From Escherichia coli (GTDB taxonomy: Bacteria; Pseudomonadota; Gammaproteobacteria; Enterobacterales; Enterobacteriaceae), in the NCBI RefSeq assembly GCF_024223415.1, contig NZ_CP100501.1: a stretch of 64,000 bases of DNA. One strand, written 5' to 3'. The position numbers and the translations under genes are program-made. Position 1 is the stretch's first letter; every line of letters starts with the position of its first letter. Of this stretch, positions 1 through 9,179 are shown piece after piece. Below the pieces are notes generated by a model. That model was not told the origin of the DNA. It made no database searches and saw only the letters and a list, made by a program, of their open reading frames with translations.

Positions 1-873
1 GTGGCGGCCCTGAACCAGACCTCATTTACTGAAAGCACATACCGTCAGGTAAAGAACCCGAATCCGGTGTTCACACCCCGTGAAGATGCCGGAACGCTGA
101 AGTTCTGCGAAAAACTGATGGAAAAGGCCGTGGGCTTCACCTCCCGTTTTGATTTTGCCGCGCATGTGGCGTATGCCCGTTCGCGCGGCCTGCGCCGGCG
201 TATGCCGCCGGTGCTGCGCCGCCGGGCGATTGATGCGCTGCTGCAGGGGCTGTGTTTCCACTATGACCCGCTGGCCAACCGCGTGCAGTGCTCCATCACC
301 ACGCTGGCCATTGAGTGCGGACTGGCGACGGAGTCTGAGGCCGGGAAACTCTCCATCACCCGTGCCACCCGTGCCCTGAAGTTCCTGTCTGAGCTGGGGC
401 TGATAACCTACCAGACGGAATACGACCCGACAATTGGCTGTAACATCCCGACCGACATCACGTTCACGCCGGCACTGTTTGACTCACTCGATATCTCAGA
501 AGAGGCAGTGGCTTCCGCACGCCGCAGCCGCGTGGAATGGGAAAACAGGCTGCGCAAAAAGCAGGGGATGGATGCGCTGGGTATGGATGAACTGATAGCG
601 AGGGCCTGGCGTTTTGTGCGCGAGCGTTTCCGCAGTTATCAGGCAGAGCTTAAGTCCCACGGCATGAAACGTGCCCGTGCGCGCCGCGATGCAGGCAGGA
701 CCCGTCAGGACATTGTCACCCTGGTGAAACGGCAGCTGACACGTGAAATCGCGGAAGGGCGTTTCCGCGGAAGCCTGGAGGCCGTGAAGCGCGAAATCGA
801 CCGTCGCGTGAAGGAACGCATGATAATGTCGCGGAACAACAACTACACACGGCTGGCCACTGCCTCACCCTGA
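1..873 (+). CDS. repA1: IncFII replication initiator RepA1 (start at window edge, possibly 5'-partial)
   Basis: Translation (..[44 protein letters not shown]) closely matches remembered R100/IncFII RepA1; ORF begins at base 1 with GTG. Confidence 0.9.
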   Translation: MAALNQTSFTESTYRQVKNPNPVFTPREDAGTLKFCEKLMEKAVGFTSRFDFAAHVAYARSRGLRRRMPPVLRRRAIDALLQGLCFHYDPLANRVQCSITTLAIECGLATESEAGKLSITRATRALKFLSELGLITYQTEYDPTIGCNIPTDITFTPALFDSLDISEEAVASARRSRVEWENRLRKKQGMDALGMDELIARAWRFVRERFRSYQAELKSHGMKRARARRDAGRTRQDIVTLVKRQLTREIAEGRFRGSLEAVKREIDRRVKERMIMSRNNNYTRLATASP

Positions 874-1048
874 GTTTGACCTCATCTGAATAATCCGGCC
901 TGCGCCGGAGGCTTCCGCACGTCTGAAGCCCGGTGACGCACAAAAAAGCAGCACAGCACACAAAAAACAGCCTCATTATCTGCCTTCCGGCTCGCCTTGC
1001 TCCCCCTGTTTTTCACGCAAAACAGGTATCACAGACGGGGAATTCTGT

Positions 1049-1057
1049 TTATCCACA
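1049..1057. promoter_or_regulatory. DnaA box TTATCCACA within IncFII-type oriR region (about 900-1260, AT-rich stretch at 1140-1200)
   Basis: Exact DnaA box consensus about 175 bp downstream of repA1 stop, followed by AT-rich tract; matches IncFII ori organisation. Confidence 0.5.
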
Positions 1058-1486
1058 TTTAACTGCAAGGGACTTCTCCGTAAGGTTACAACCGTTCATG
1101 CTATAAAGCGCCAGCCGCAGGCGTTACAGGGTGCAATGTTTCTTTTAAACCCCAGTAATATATTTCCTTTAAACTACTTAATTACTTCCATTTAAAAAAA
1201 AGACCTGTTCAGTGCCTGTCCTGTGGACAGACAAATATGCACCTCCCACGCTGACGCGCGGGCCCCAAACCTCACCGTTCTGGAACCACAACAAAAAACA
1301 TCAGAAATAAAAACACCACACAAACGCAGCACCGTGCCCACCCCTCATAACTGAAAAGCGAGGCCGCCCCCGCCCGAAGGGCGGGAACAACATCGCTTTT
1401 AATTATGAATGTTGTAACTACATCATCATCGCTGCCAGTCTTCTGGCTGGAAGTCCTCAGTACACGCTCGTAAGCGGCCCTCACGG

Positions 1487-1692
1487 CCCGCTAACGCGGA
1501 GATACGCCCCGACTTCGGGTAAACCCTCGTCGGGACCACTCCGACCGCGCACAGAAGCTCTCTCATGGCTGAAAGCGGGTATGGCTTAGCAGGGTGGGGA
1601 TGGGTAAGGTGAAATCTATCAATCAGTGCCGGCTTACGCCGGGCTTCGGCGGTTTTACTCTTGTGCCATATGTAGCTACATTATGCCGCCTT
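1487..1692. repeat. About 205-bp structured direct repeat, copy A (copy B at 44255-44462)
   Basis: Near-identical to 44255-44462 by direct comparison; contains inverted repeats GTCCCGAC..GTCGGGAC and CCGGC..GCCGG. Confidence 0.85.
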
Positions 1693-1827
1693 CCATGCCG
1701 CTCACGCGGCATCAGAACAATAAAACCAGCATTAAATGTATTTGCAAAAGTATGAGTAATACAGACTTGTTAACCGGTCCTTTCAGAGGTATCTTTAAGA
1801 CTTGTTAAATAGTCTCAAAGGTACGTT

Positions 1828-2079
1828 ATGCCTAACATCATTCTGTCTGACACCAGTGCAAGTGTCAGTGAACTGAAAAAAAATCCTATGGCTACAGTCA
1901 GTGCCGGAGATGGTTATCCTGTCGCCATTCTTAACCGGAATCAGCCGGCATTCTACTGTGTGCCTGCGGAACTCTATGAAAGGATGCTTGATGCGCTGGA
2001 TGACCAGGAACTGGTGAAACTGGTTACTGAACGCAGCAATCAGCCACTGCATGATGTGGACCTGGACAGTTATTTATGA
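1828..2079 (+). CDS. stbD: Phd/YefM-type antitoxin (StbD/RelB-like)
   Basis: 83-aa ORF immediately upstream of and overlapping (ATGA) a RelE-like toxin; small acidic C-terminus typical of antitoxins. Confidence 0.8.
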   Translation: MPNIILSDTSASVSELKKNPMATVSAGDGYPVAILNRNQPAFYCVPAELYERMLDALDDQELVKLVTERSNQPLHDVDLDSYL

Positions 2080-2363
2080 CTTATACAGTAAAATTCAGGG
2101 ATGATGCGCTCAAAGAATGGCTGAAACTGGATAAATCCATTCAACAGCAGTTTGCGAAAAAACTAAAGAAATGCAGCGAAAATCCTCATATTCCTTCCGC
2201 AAAACTGCGTGGATTAAAAGACTGCTACAAAATCAAACTTCGCGCATCGGGGTTTCGTCTGGTCTATCAGGTTATTGATGACATGCTAATTATTGCGGTT
2301 GTCGCGGTAGGTAAACGTGAACGTAGTAACGTTTATAATCTCGCCAGTGAGAGAATGAGATAG
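2076..2363 (+). CDS. stbE: RelE/StbE-family mRNA interferase toxin
   Basis: 95 aa; KLRGLKDCYKIKLRASGFRLVYQV..VGKRERS matches remembered E. coli RelE. Confidence 0.9.
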   Translation: MTYTVKFRDDALKEWLKLDKSIQQQFAKKLKKCSENPHIPSAKLRGLKDCYKIKLRASGFRLVYQVIDDMLIIAVVAVGKRERSNVYNLASERMR

Positions 2364-2466
2364 TTATCTTTAAAGCTGACTGATATTACTTTAAAAGTAT
2401 TTCTGATAGTTATGTTATTTTATTCCACAATACAGAATATTTTCTTTATTCTTTAAGGTCGTTTTT

Positions 2467-3057
2467 ATGATGAAAAATCCATTAGCTTATTTTCATATTG
2501 CCACCTTTTTATTGTCAGGTAAAAGTCGTAATCTGTCAGAATACTGGAAAGCCGAAGTCATCATGCGGGATAAGTTTGTCTTACACCGCCTGATAAGAAA
2601 CGGGTTGCAGAGACAACGAGGCTTTCTGATGTGGTGGCGCCTGGCCAATGAGATGTTTATCTCTGGAAACCAAAAACAAAGGAAATGTGCGATAAAGATA
2701 AAAAATGCACTTATGGAACGGTATGGATGTGATATCGGCCTGGGCGCGCGGATTGGTAAAGGCCTCATGTTACCTCATCATGCAGGAATCGTCATTCATG
2801 GTAATGTTGATATCGGTGAGAATGTCATTATACGGCAGAATACAACCATTGGTGAAAAGGTTCCTGACAGTAAGGAAAACTATATTGTTATTGGCGATAA
2901 TGTCGATATTGGTGCCCATACATGTATTATTGGGTTAAATGTGAAAATCGGAAGTAATGTTAAAATCGGGGCAATGTCTTTTATTATGGAAGATGTACCT
3001 GATAACTGTACTTATGTCACCAGGAAGGAATCCAGAGTGATAATTCGCGAACAGTAA
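2467..3057 (+). CDS. Hexapeptide-repeat (left-handed beta-helix) acyl/acetyltransferase; true start may be internal Met near 2563
   Basis: Repeated [LIV]-G-x-x-x-x hexapeptides (IGENVIIRQNTTIGEKV.., IGDNVDIGAHTCIIGLNVKIGSNVKIG); low GC. Confidence 0.75.
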   Translation: MMKNPLAYFHIATFLLSGKSRNLSEYWKAEVIMRDKFVLHRLIRNGLQRQRGFLMWWRLANEMFISGNQKQRKCAIKIKNALMERYGCDIGLGARIGKGLMLPHHAGIVIHGNVDIGENVIIRQNTTIGEKVPDSKENYIVIGDNVDIGAHTCIIGLNVKIGSNVKIGAMSFIMEDVPDNCTYVTRKESRVIIREQ

Positions 3058-3159
3058 TGAAATACATGTTATCATTCTTCTGTTGGTGACTTTGCCGACT
3101 CAGATATATACTATCTGTATGTCGTGCATTATATATTAACGATACGCAGAGGTGTGTAT

Positions 3160-3825
3160 ATGGGCAGTGTTACAAAGAAACCGTCACCTGTTGTTATTAT
3201 TAAGAAAAAAAGACGAATTCTTTCTCATCAGGATGATGCCGTACAGGCAGTTCCTGATGATATAAAACCAGCGCCAGTAATGGAATTTAAAACCGACTCA
3301 TTACCTCCTGAAATACCAGCCACAGTGGCCGGTTCCCCGGAACAACAGAAAAAAACAGGACGTAAGAAGAAGAAAAAAAAGAAGAACAATAGATGGAATC
3401 ATGAGTTTATCCGACACAGTCTGGACTGTGTTAAAAAAACATTCCCTCAGTTACGGGCTGAAGAGGGGGGATATCATGCATTTAAAATAGGCATCTCAAA
3501 GGATGTCATGGCTTTTATTTCGGCCAGTCCTGAGTGTGGACTAACTGTAAAAGAATGGAATTGTGCTGTAAGGATGATTACTGGCGGTTACAAATATCTG
3601 CAGCGTATATCAGTCGCAGGTACTCCGCGTTATGGTCTGGATGGCAAAGTTCATGGAACTGTAACGGAGGAAGAAGCGCTGTATGCGCAGGCAAAACTTG
3701 AAAAACACACGCAGCGTTATAACGCCAGGATGAAAGAGACAGAAGATGCTCGTTGCAACCAACCATCGAAAACTGTTACACCGGACAGCAATTTGAAGGA
3801 CGCCTGCATTCATAACGGGGCATAA
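3160..3825 (+). CDS. FinO/ProQ-family RNA-binding protein with lysine-rich N-terminal region
   Basis: C-terminal half resembles remembered FinO (ITGGYKYLQRISVAG..GTVTEEEALYAQAKLEKHTQ vs FinO [35 protein letters not shown]); GAGG RBS before ATG 3160. Confidence 0.65.
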   Translation: MGSVTKKPSPVVIIKKKRRILSHQDDAVQAVPDDIKPAPVMEFKTDSLPPEIPATVAGSPEQQKKTGRKKKKKKKNNRWNHEFIRHSLDCVKKTFPQLRAEEGGYHAFKIGISKDVMAFISASPECGLTVKEWNCAVRMITGGYKYLQRISVAGTPRYGLDGKVHGTVTEEEALYAQAKLEKHTQRYNARMKETEDARCNQPSKTVTPDSNLKDACIHNGA

Positions 3826-3879
3826 TTATGTGAAATGCTGTCCCGCTATGGAATCAGAATTGAGTAACGACACGAGGTT

Positions 3880-4197
3880 TTGATGATTACTGTTATTATT
3901 TCTGAGGTGGATGGCTGGCGTGAATGGAAACACCGCGCCCGAACAAAGGATGCACAGACAGCCATCATCCGGGCTATGAATAAACATTTTCCACGATCTT
4001 ACAATTTTATCCCTGATGATATTGATAATGCACCTGTATTATTTGCAGCTGTAACACGTACACCGAACGTGAAAATAACCGGTCATATCTGGAAACCTAT
4101 GTGGAACAGGGGAATTTGCTGGAACGTCAAAGGTCCGCCAGTAATCATCACGCTCATCCAAGGGGCCGCTTGGAATTCGGAAAATAAACCACGTTAA
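3880..4197 (+). CDS. Hypothetical protein (105 aa)
   Basis: ORF only; low-GC context; no recognisable motif. Confidence 0.35.
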   Translation: MMITVIISEVDGWREWKHRARTKDAQTAIIRAMNKHFPRSYNFIPDDIDNAPVLFAAVTRTPNVKITGHIWKPMWNRGICWNVKGPPVIITLIQGAAWNSENKPR

Positions 4198-4202
4198 GAC
4201 TA

Positions 4203-4648
4203 TTTGGGGTTCTAAGCCGAAAACCTAGAAAATTCCGTAACCAAAGCCAGTAATTGACAGATTTGCATGACGTTGAATAGGTGACGGGTTATGTGACGAA
4301 ATCTGATGCAGAAATCGTTGTTTCAGTGACAGTCACTCAATCGGTCGTTTATGTGACAACCCATGCCGTTACTGGTCGCGGAAAAATCCAGGTTTCGGGG
4401 TTTGAGGCTCAGTGGAACAATAACCGCCGTTAAGCGGTCATTTTAAATAGCCAAAAATCAACCAGCCAATTTACATCGTGAATCTGCGTTCTTGGCTATC
4501 TGTTTTGGGGGGGCCAAGTTGGCTTTACTCATCCTGGCCGTTTGCGGAACAAACGACGTTGTTGATCTCAACAGATTGATTTACCTGTTATTGACCATTC
4601 AATTGAACCGCTTAACCGCCTTTTGAGTTCCACTACTCCCCAAACCCC
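4203..4648. mobile_element. Tn3-family terminal inverted-repeat-like motifs (miniature element or transposon-end relics)
   Basis: 4397-4437 GGGGTTTGAGGCTCAGTGGAAC..GTTAAGCGG and its inverted partner at 4608-4648 resemble the Tn3 38-bp IR; a third GGGG..AAAAC motif at 4203. Confidence 0.4.
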
Positions 4649-4849
4649 AAATAGCTGTCTAGCGCGAAAAATCACTGCCCGTAACGTATCATATGGCTGG
4701 TACGAATAAATTCTCACTTACTGCACCATAAACGTACACGTCAAAACCTTCCAAACATGCTTCAAAAATCAACAAATTCGCTGTATCGGAAATTTTGGCG
4801 TTTCCGGCGTACAACCCCGATTAGATATAAATGAATTAACGTGTGTGGT

Positions 4850-5326
4850 TTATTGGTCTCTGCCTTCTCCAGCAATGACGCAAGACTTTGACATACCATC
4901 AAAAAAATGATCGGCGAGCTCCAGAATTCGTGGATTATGAGTTGTAATAATAACGGTAGGGCAATGCTGCCGGATATAGGTAATGATCTTTATCGCGAGT
5001 TCTTCGCCAATAGAGGCCGTGGGTTCATCAAGTACGATAATCTTTTTCTTACGGGCTAGGGCGCGGGCTATGCATAATCGCTGGATCTCTCCACCACTCA
5101 AACCACTACCCAGAGGATTAATATCCCGGTCTAGGAAAGCAAGGAAATGTTCTCCGCAGTCCTCTTTAATTAACCCCAATGAATTCAGGATGCAAAACAG
5201 TTCATCATCGGGAAGAATGTCATCGGTTCCATACAGAATATTATCACGAATAGTTCCCTGCACCAGAACGGCTTTTTGAGGCACAACAGCAACGTCCTCC
5301 AGGATAGACGCACTCAACTCTGTGTT
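4850..5326 (-). pseudogene. 3' fragment of an ABC transporter ATP-binding protein gene, fused in frame to truncated IS2 insD
   Basis: C-terminal 160 aa of the 378-aa ORF carry ABC signature LSGGEIQR, Walker B IIVLDEP and H-loop ITTHN; N-terminal 220 aa are IS2 InsD. Confidence 0.7.
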
Positions 5327-6400
5327 CTTCGGTTCAAGCCCCAACATCCGGGCAAACTGCCGTGTTTCATTAGCCCGGTAGCATGAACCATTATCCGTCA
5401 GCCACTCTACTGGAGACGCCGGAAGCTCGTTGCCGAAGCGGCGTTCAACCGCTCCCAGCATGACGTCCTGTACTGTTTCACTGTCGAAGCCGCCCGTAGT
5501 GACCGCCCAGTACAGTGCCTCACGGTCACAGCAGTCCAGCGCGAACGTGACTCGCAGTTTTTCTCCGTTATCACAGCGGAACTCGAACCCGTCAGAGCAC
5601 CATCGTTGATTGCTTTCTTTCACGGCCACTTTGCCAGTATGTGCCCGCTTCGATGGCGGTACAGCGGTTTTTCGCTCAAGCAACAGCGCATTCTGGCGCA
5701 TGATCCGGTAAACACGTTTGGCATTGATCGCAGGCATACCATCAAGTTCGGCCTGTCTGCGAAGCAGCGCCCATACCCGACGATAACCATACGTGGGCAG
5801 CTCTCCGATAACATGGTGTATACGGAGAAGTACATCCATATTATCGGAGTGACGGCTGCGGCGACCATCTTTCCAGTCATCGGTTCGTCTGAGAATGACG
5901 TGCAACTGCGCACGCGACACCCGGAGACAACGGCTGACTAAGCTTACTCCCCATTCCCGGGCAATAAGGGCGCGTGCGCTATCCACTTTTTTGCACGCCC
6001 ATATTCAACGGCTTCTTTAAGGAGTTCATTTTCCATCGTTTTTTTGCCGAGCAGGCGCTGGAGTTCTTTAATCTGCTTCATGGCAGCAGCAAGTTCAGAG
6101 GCAGGAACGACCTGTTCTCCTGCGGCCACAGCAGTAAGACTTCCCTCCTGGTATTGCTTGCGCCAGAGAAATAGCTGGCTGGCTGCCACACCGTGTTGCC
6201 GGGCTACAAGGGAGACCGTCATTCCCGGTTCAAAACTCTGCTGAACAATAGCGATCTTTTCCTGTGTAGTACGCCGTCTGCGTTTCTCCGGTCCTAAGAC
6301 ATCAATCATCTGCTCTCCAATGACTAGTCTAAAAACTAGTATTAAGACTATCACTTATTTAAGTGATATTGGTTGTCTGGAGATTCAGGGGGCCAGTCTA
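5327..6400 (-). mobile_element. IS2 (IS3 family), truncated copy lacking the right end
   Basis: IRL TAGACTGGCCCCCTGAATCTCCAGACAACC (reverse complement ending at 6400); insC intact, insD broken after LGLEPK by comparison with the complete copy at 30173-33953. Confidence 0.85.
5944..6354 (-). CDS. insC: IS2 InsC (OrfA)
   Basis: 136-aa HTH protein, near-identical to the insC segment of the second IS2 copy (32801-33079). Confidence 0.85.
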   Translation of the reverse strand: MIVLILVFRLVIGEQMIDVLGPEKRRRRTTQEKIAIVQQSFEPGMTVSLVARQHGVAASQLFLWRKQYQEGSLTAVAAGEQVVPASELAAAMKQIKELQRLLGKKTMENELLKEAVEYGRAKKWIAHAPLLPGNGE

Positions 6401-6442
6401 GCAGATGTTCTTGACCCCTTATCTCCAGACAGGGATTGTATC

Positions 6443-7324
6443 TTAAGTTAACGTTACCCGCTGACGTCGATATTCTCGCGGAGAGCGATAACCCAACGCA
6501 CTGTGCGGATGGTTTTCATTGTAATGCTCGATCGCCACTGCAAGGTTATGCACTGCCGTTCTTACATTCGGTTTCGGCATGAACGCGATGTAGTCTTCCT
6601 TCATCGTTTTCACGAACCGTTCTGCCATTCCATTACTCTGAGGACTGCTGACTGCCGTCGTACAGGGCTCCAGATTCAGCTCTCTGGCGAACTGCCGTGT
6701 TTCATGCGCTCTGTACGCTGAATCGTTATCTGTCAGCCACTGGATCGACTGTTCCGGCACTTTATCGCCAAAGCGTTTTTCTATCGCGCCTAACATCACA
6801 TCCTGCACTGTCGATTTATCGTAACCTCCCGTACTGGCTGCCCAGTCGATAGCTTCACGATCGCAACAGTCCAGGGCGAACGTAACCCGGACTTTTTCGC
6901 CATCATCGCAACCGAACTCAAAGCCATTGGAACACCAACGCTGGTCGCTTTTATTAACCTCTACACGGCCTTTATGTGCCCGCTGAGGTCGTGATGGTTT
7001 GTCATGCAACAACAACAGGCTGTTTTCGCTCATTATCCGGTAAACGCGTTTTGCATTCACGAACGGCAGGCCTTCATTTCGGGACTGCCGTCTGGGTATC
7101 GCCCAGACACGGCGATACCCATATGTTGGCATATCGCCAATGATATCCAGGATGCGCGATAAGACTTCTGCATCCGCAGCCTCATCGCGTCTCTGACGCC
7201 GTTTATCTGTCTTGTTATCAGATGCCTTCATCCGTAATGTTAACTGCGCACGCGACACGCCCAGAACACGGCTTACCGGGGCTATTCCTTGTCCGAAGGT
7301 AACAAGGGCACATGCGCTATCCAT
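6443..7324 (-). CDS. IS3-family transposase OrfB (DDE integrase domain)
   Basis: 293 aa, about 65% identical by eye to IS2 InsD ([19 protein letters not shown]). Confidence 0.8.
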   Translation of the reverse strand: MDSACALVTFGQGIAPVSRVLGVSRAQLTLRMKASDNKTDKRRQRRDEAADAEVLSRILDIIGDMPTYGYRRVWAIPRRQSRNEGLPFVNAKRVYRIMSENSLLLLHDKPSRPQRAHKGRVEVNKSDQRWCSNGFEFGCDDGEKVRVTFALDCCDREAIDWAASTGGYDKSTVQDVMLGAIEKRFGDKVPEQSIQWLTDNDSAYRAHETRQFARELNLEPCTTAVSSPQSNGMAERFVKTMKEDYIAFMPKPNVRTAVHNLAVAIEHYNENHPHSALGYRSPREYRRQRVTLT

Positions 7325-7710
7325 TTTCGCGATTGCGCGTACTCCACCGCTTCTTTGAGGAGCTCAACTTCCATTGTTTTCTTGCCCAGTAAACGCTGAA
7401 GCTGATTAATCTGCTTTATCGCAGCGGCCAGTTCAGAAGCAGGAACAACGTCTTCACCCGCAGCCACAGCAGTGAGACTTCCTTCCTGGTATTGTTTTTT
7501 CCACTTAAACAACAGGCTGGGCTGAATTCCATGCAAACGCGCCACGTGAGACACCGTCATGCCTGGCTCCATAGTCTGTTGAATAATTGCGATTTTTTCC
7601 TGAGGTGTTTTACGTTTACGCACCTCTTTTCCTAACAAAACGCCAGCCATCTCAAAATTAGAACTAGTGTTAGACATATATCCAAGCCTACCTCTTATTT
7701 TAAGATACAT
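7282..7710 (-). CDS. IS3-family transposase OrfA
   Basis: 142 aa, homologous to IS2 InsC; overlaps OrfB as expected for -1 frameshift expression. Confidence 0.8.
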   Translation of the reverse strand: MYLKIRGRLGYMSNTSSNFEMAGVLLGKEVRKRKTPQEKIAIIQQTMEPGMTVSHVARLHGIQPSLLFKWKKQYQEGSLTAVAAGEDVVPASELAAAIKQINQLQRLLGKKTMEVELLKEAVEYAQSRKWIAHVPLLPSDKE

Positions 7711-8075
7711 CTACTGTCTGGTGTTTCAGGGGGCCAGCTCATATATCAATTAATCATTAGTTTAAAAGCTTGTTCAACTGCATACATCATTAGCGTTTAA
7801 GCCAGTGAACAGGAAGTTTACTGGCTTAATTACAGTAATATAGTGTATCGCTATGCTCACTGAGTCTTAGATCTCCACCGTCGGTCTAATATTCGCACTC
7901 CTGCTAACAACCGGTAATCAAATCGTCCTCCGGTATTGAAAGTTAATACACAAATCAGGATGATGGAGGCTCATACTGGTACAGCGCGACCACTTATGCA
8001 GGCGTCTCTGTCAGGTTTGTTGCCCGGATCACCCGCATCAGGGACAGGGCTGTTCAGTTATCCGCAGGAGAAAAT

Positions 8076-9086
8076 ATGTCACTCAAGGCTATCGCCGCCG
8101 AACTCGGGATCTCTGTCACCACAGTCAGCCGGGCGCTTGGCGGATTTTCGGACGTTTCCGCTTCGACCCGTGCACGTGTAGAAGCGGAAGCTCGGCGTCG
8201 TGGTTATCGCCCGAATACCCTGGCAAGACGTCTCAAAACCGGTAAAACCGATGCGGTCGGCCTGGTCTTCCCTGAACATGCTGTACTGTTCAGCAGTAGT
8301 GTGTTTGTGGATATGGTCAGTTGTATCAGCCGGGAACTGGCCCGCCATGATATTGACTTACTGCTGATAGCCGATGATGAACGGGCTGACAGCCACAGCT
8401 ATATGCGTCTGGTCGAAAGCCGCCGGGTTGATGCCCTTATCGTGGCGCACACGCTGGATAATGACCCGCGTCTTACACACCTGCAGGAGGCCGGTATTCC
8501 GTTTCTGGCACTCGGTCAGGTGCCGTCCGGTCTTCCCTGTGCCTGGTTTGACTTTGATAACCATGCAGGAACCTGGCAGGCCACACAGCACCTGATTGCC
8601 CTGGGCCATCAGCGAATTGCCCTGCTGAGTGAGGACAACTCCCGTACCTATGTCACTGCACGACGTCAGGGATGGCGCGATGCCCTGAGTGAACATGGTC
8701 TGCCTGAGACCTGGCTACGCCGGGTCTCTCCCACCCGACGCTCAGGTTTCCAGGCAGTGACTGAGTTAATGTCACTTCCGCTTCCCCCGACGGCCATTAT
8801 TACCGACAGTGACCTGATCGGTGATGGCGCGGCCATGTCGCTGCAGTTATCCGGTCATCTGTCCGGAGAGGATGCCGTCTCTCTTGTGGTTTATGATGGT
8901 CTGCCGCAGGACAGTATTATTGAACAGGATGTGGCTGCAGTTCTTCAGTCAACACGACATCGCGTCGGTCGTCAGGTTGCCGACATGATACGCCAGCTGG
9001 TCACGAATGTTTCACCTGAAATGCTACAAGTACTCTGGCAGCCGGAATTTCATCCTGGCAAGACAACGCTTGCTCCCTCCGCCTGA
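8076..9086 (+). CDS. rafR: LacI-family repressor of the raffinose operon
   Basis: N-terminal HTH (MSLKAIAAELGISVTTVSRAL) plus periplasmic-binding-like domain; located upstream of alpha-galactosidase and permease. Confidence 0.85.
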   Translation: MSLKAIAAELGISVTTVSRALGGFSDVSASTRARVEAEARRRGYRPNTLARRLKTGKTDAVGLVFPEHAVLFSSSVFVDMVSCISRELARHDIDLLLIADDERADSHSYMRLVESRRVDALIVAHTLDNDPRLTHLQEAGIPFLALGQVPSGLPCAWFDFDNHAGTWQATQHLIALGHQRIALLSEDNSRTYVTARRQGWRDALSEHGLPETWLRRVSPTRRSGFQAVTELMSLPLPPTAIITDSDLIGDGAAMSLQLSGHLSGEDAVSLVVYDGLPQDSIIEQDVAAVLQSTRHRVGRQVADMIRQLVTNVSPEMLQVLWQPEFHPGKTTLAPSA

Positions 9087-9105
9087 TTTTTAATCCCGCT
9101 CACAA

Positions 9106-9144
9106 ATCCGAATCGTTTCGGTTGCTATCCGAAACGATTCGGAT
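9106..9144. promoter_or_regulatory. Paired near-palindromic operator sites in the rafA promoter
   Basis: ATCCGAATCGTTTCGG (9106-9121) and its reverse complement CCGAAACGATTCGGAT (9129-9144) between rafR and rafA. Confidence 0.6.
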
Positions 9145-9179
9145 CAACAGTAAGGCATACCCGAAAACGGAGATGTCTT

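Larger units (their letters stand above)
6411..7740 (-). mobile_element. IS3-family insertion sequence (IS2 subgroup), apparently complete
   Basis: OrfA plus overlapping OrfB; terminal inverted repeats CTGTCTGG..GGGGGCCAG (7714-7743) and CTTGACCCCTTATCTCCAGACAGG (6411-6434). Confidence 0.75.

Noticed and set aside
1272-1484. 70-aa ORF on the minus strand in the oriR-proximal region
   Set aside because: It lies in the origin region; a related repA4-type small ORF cannot be excluded, but the translation is not convincing.
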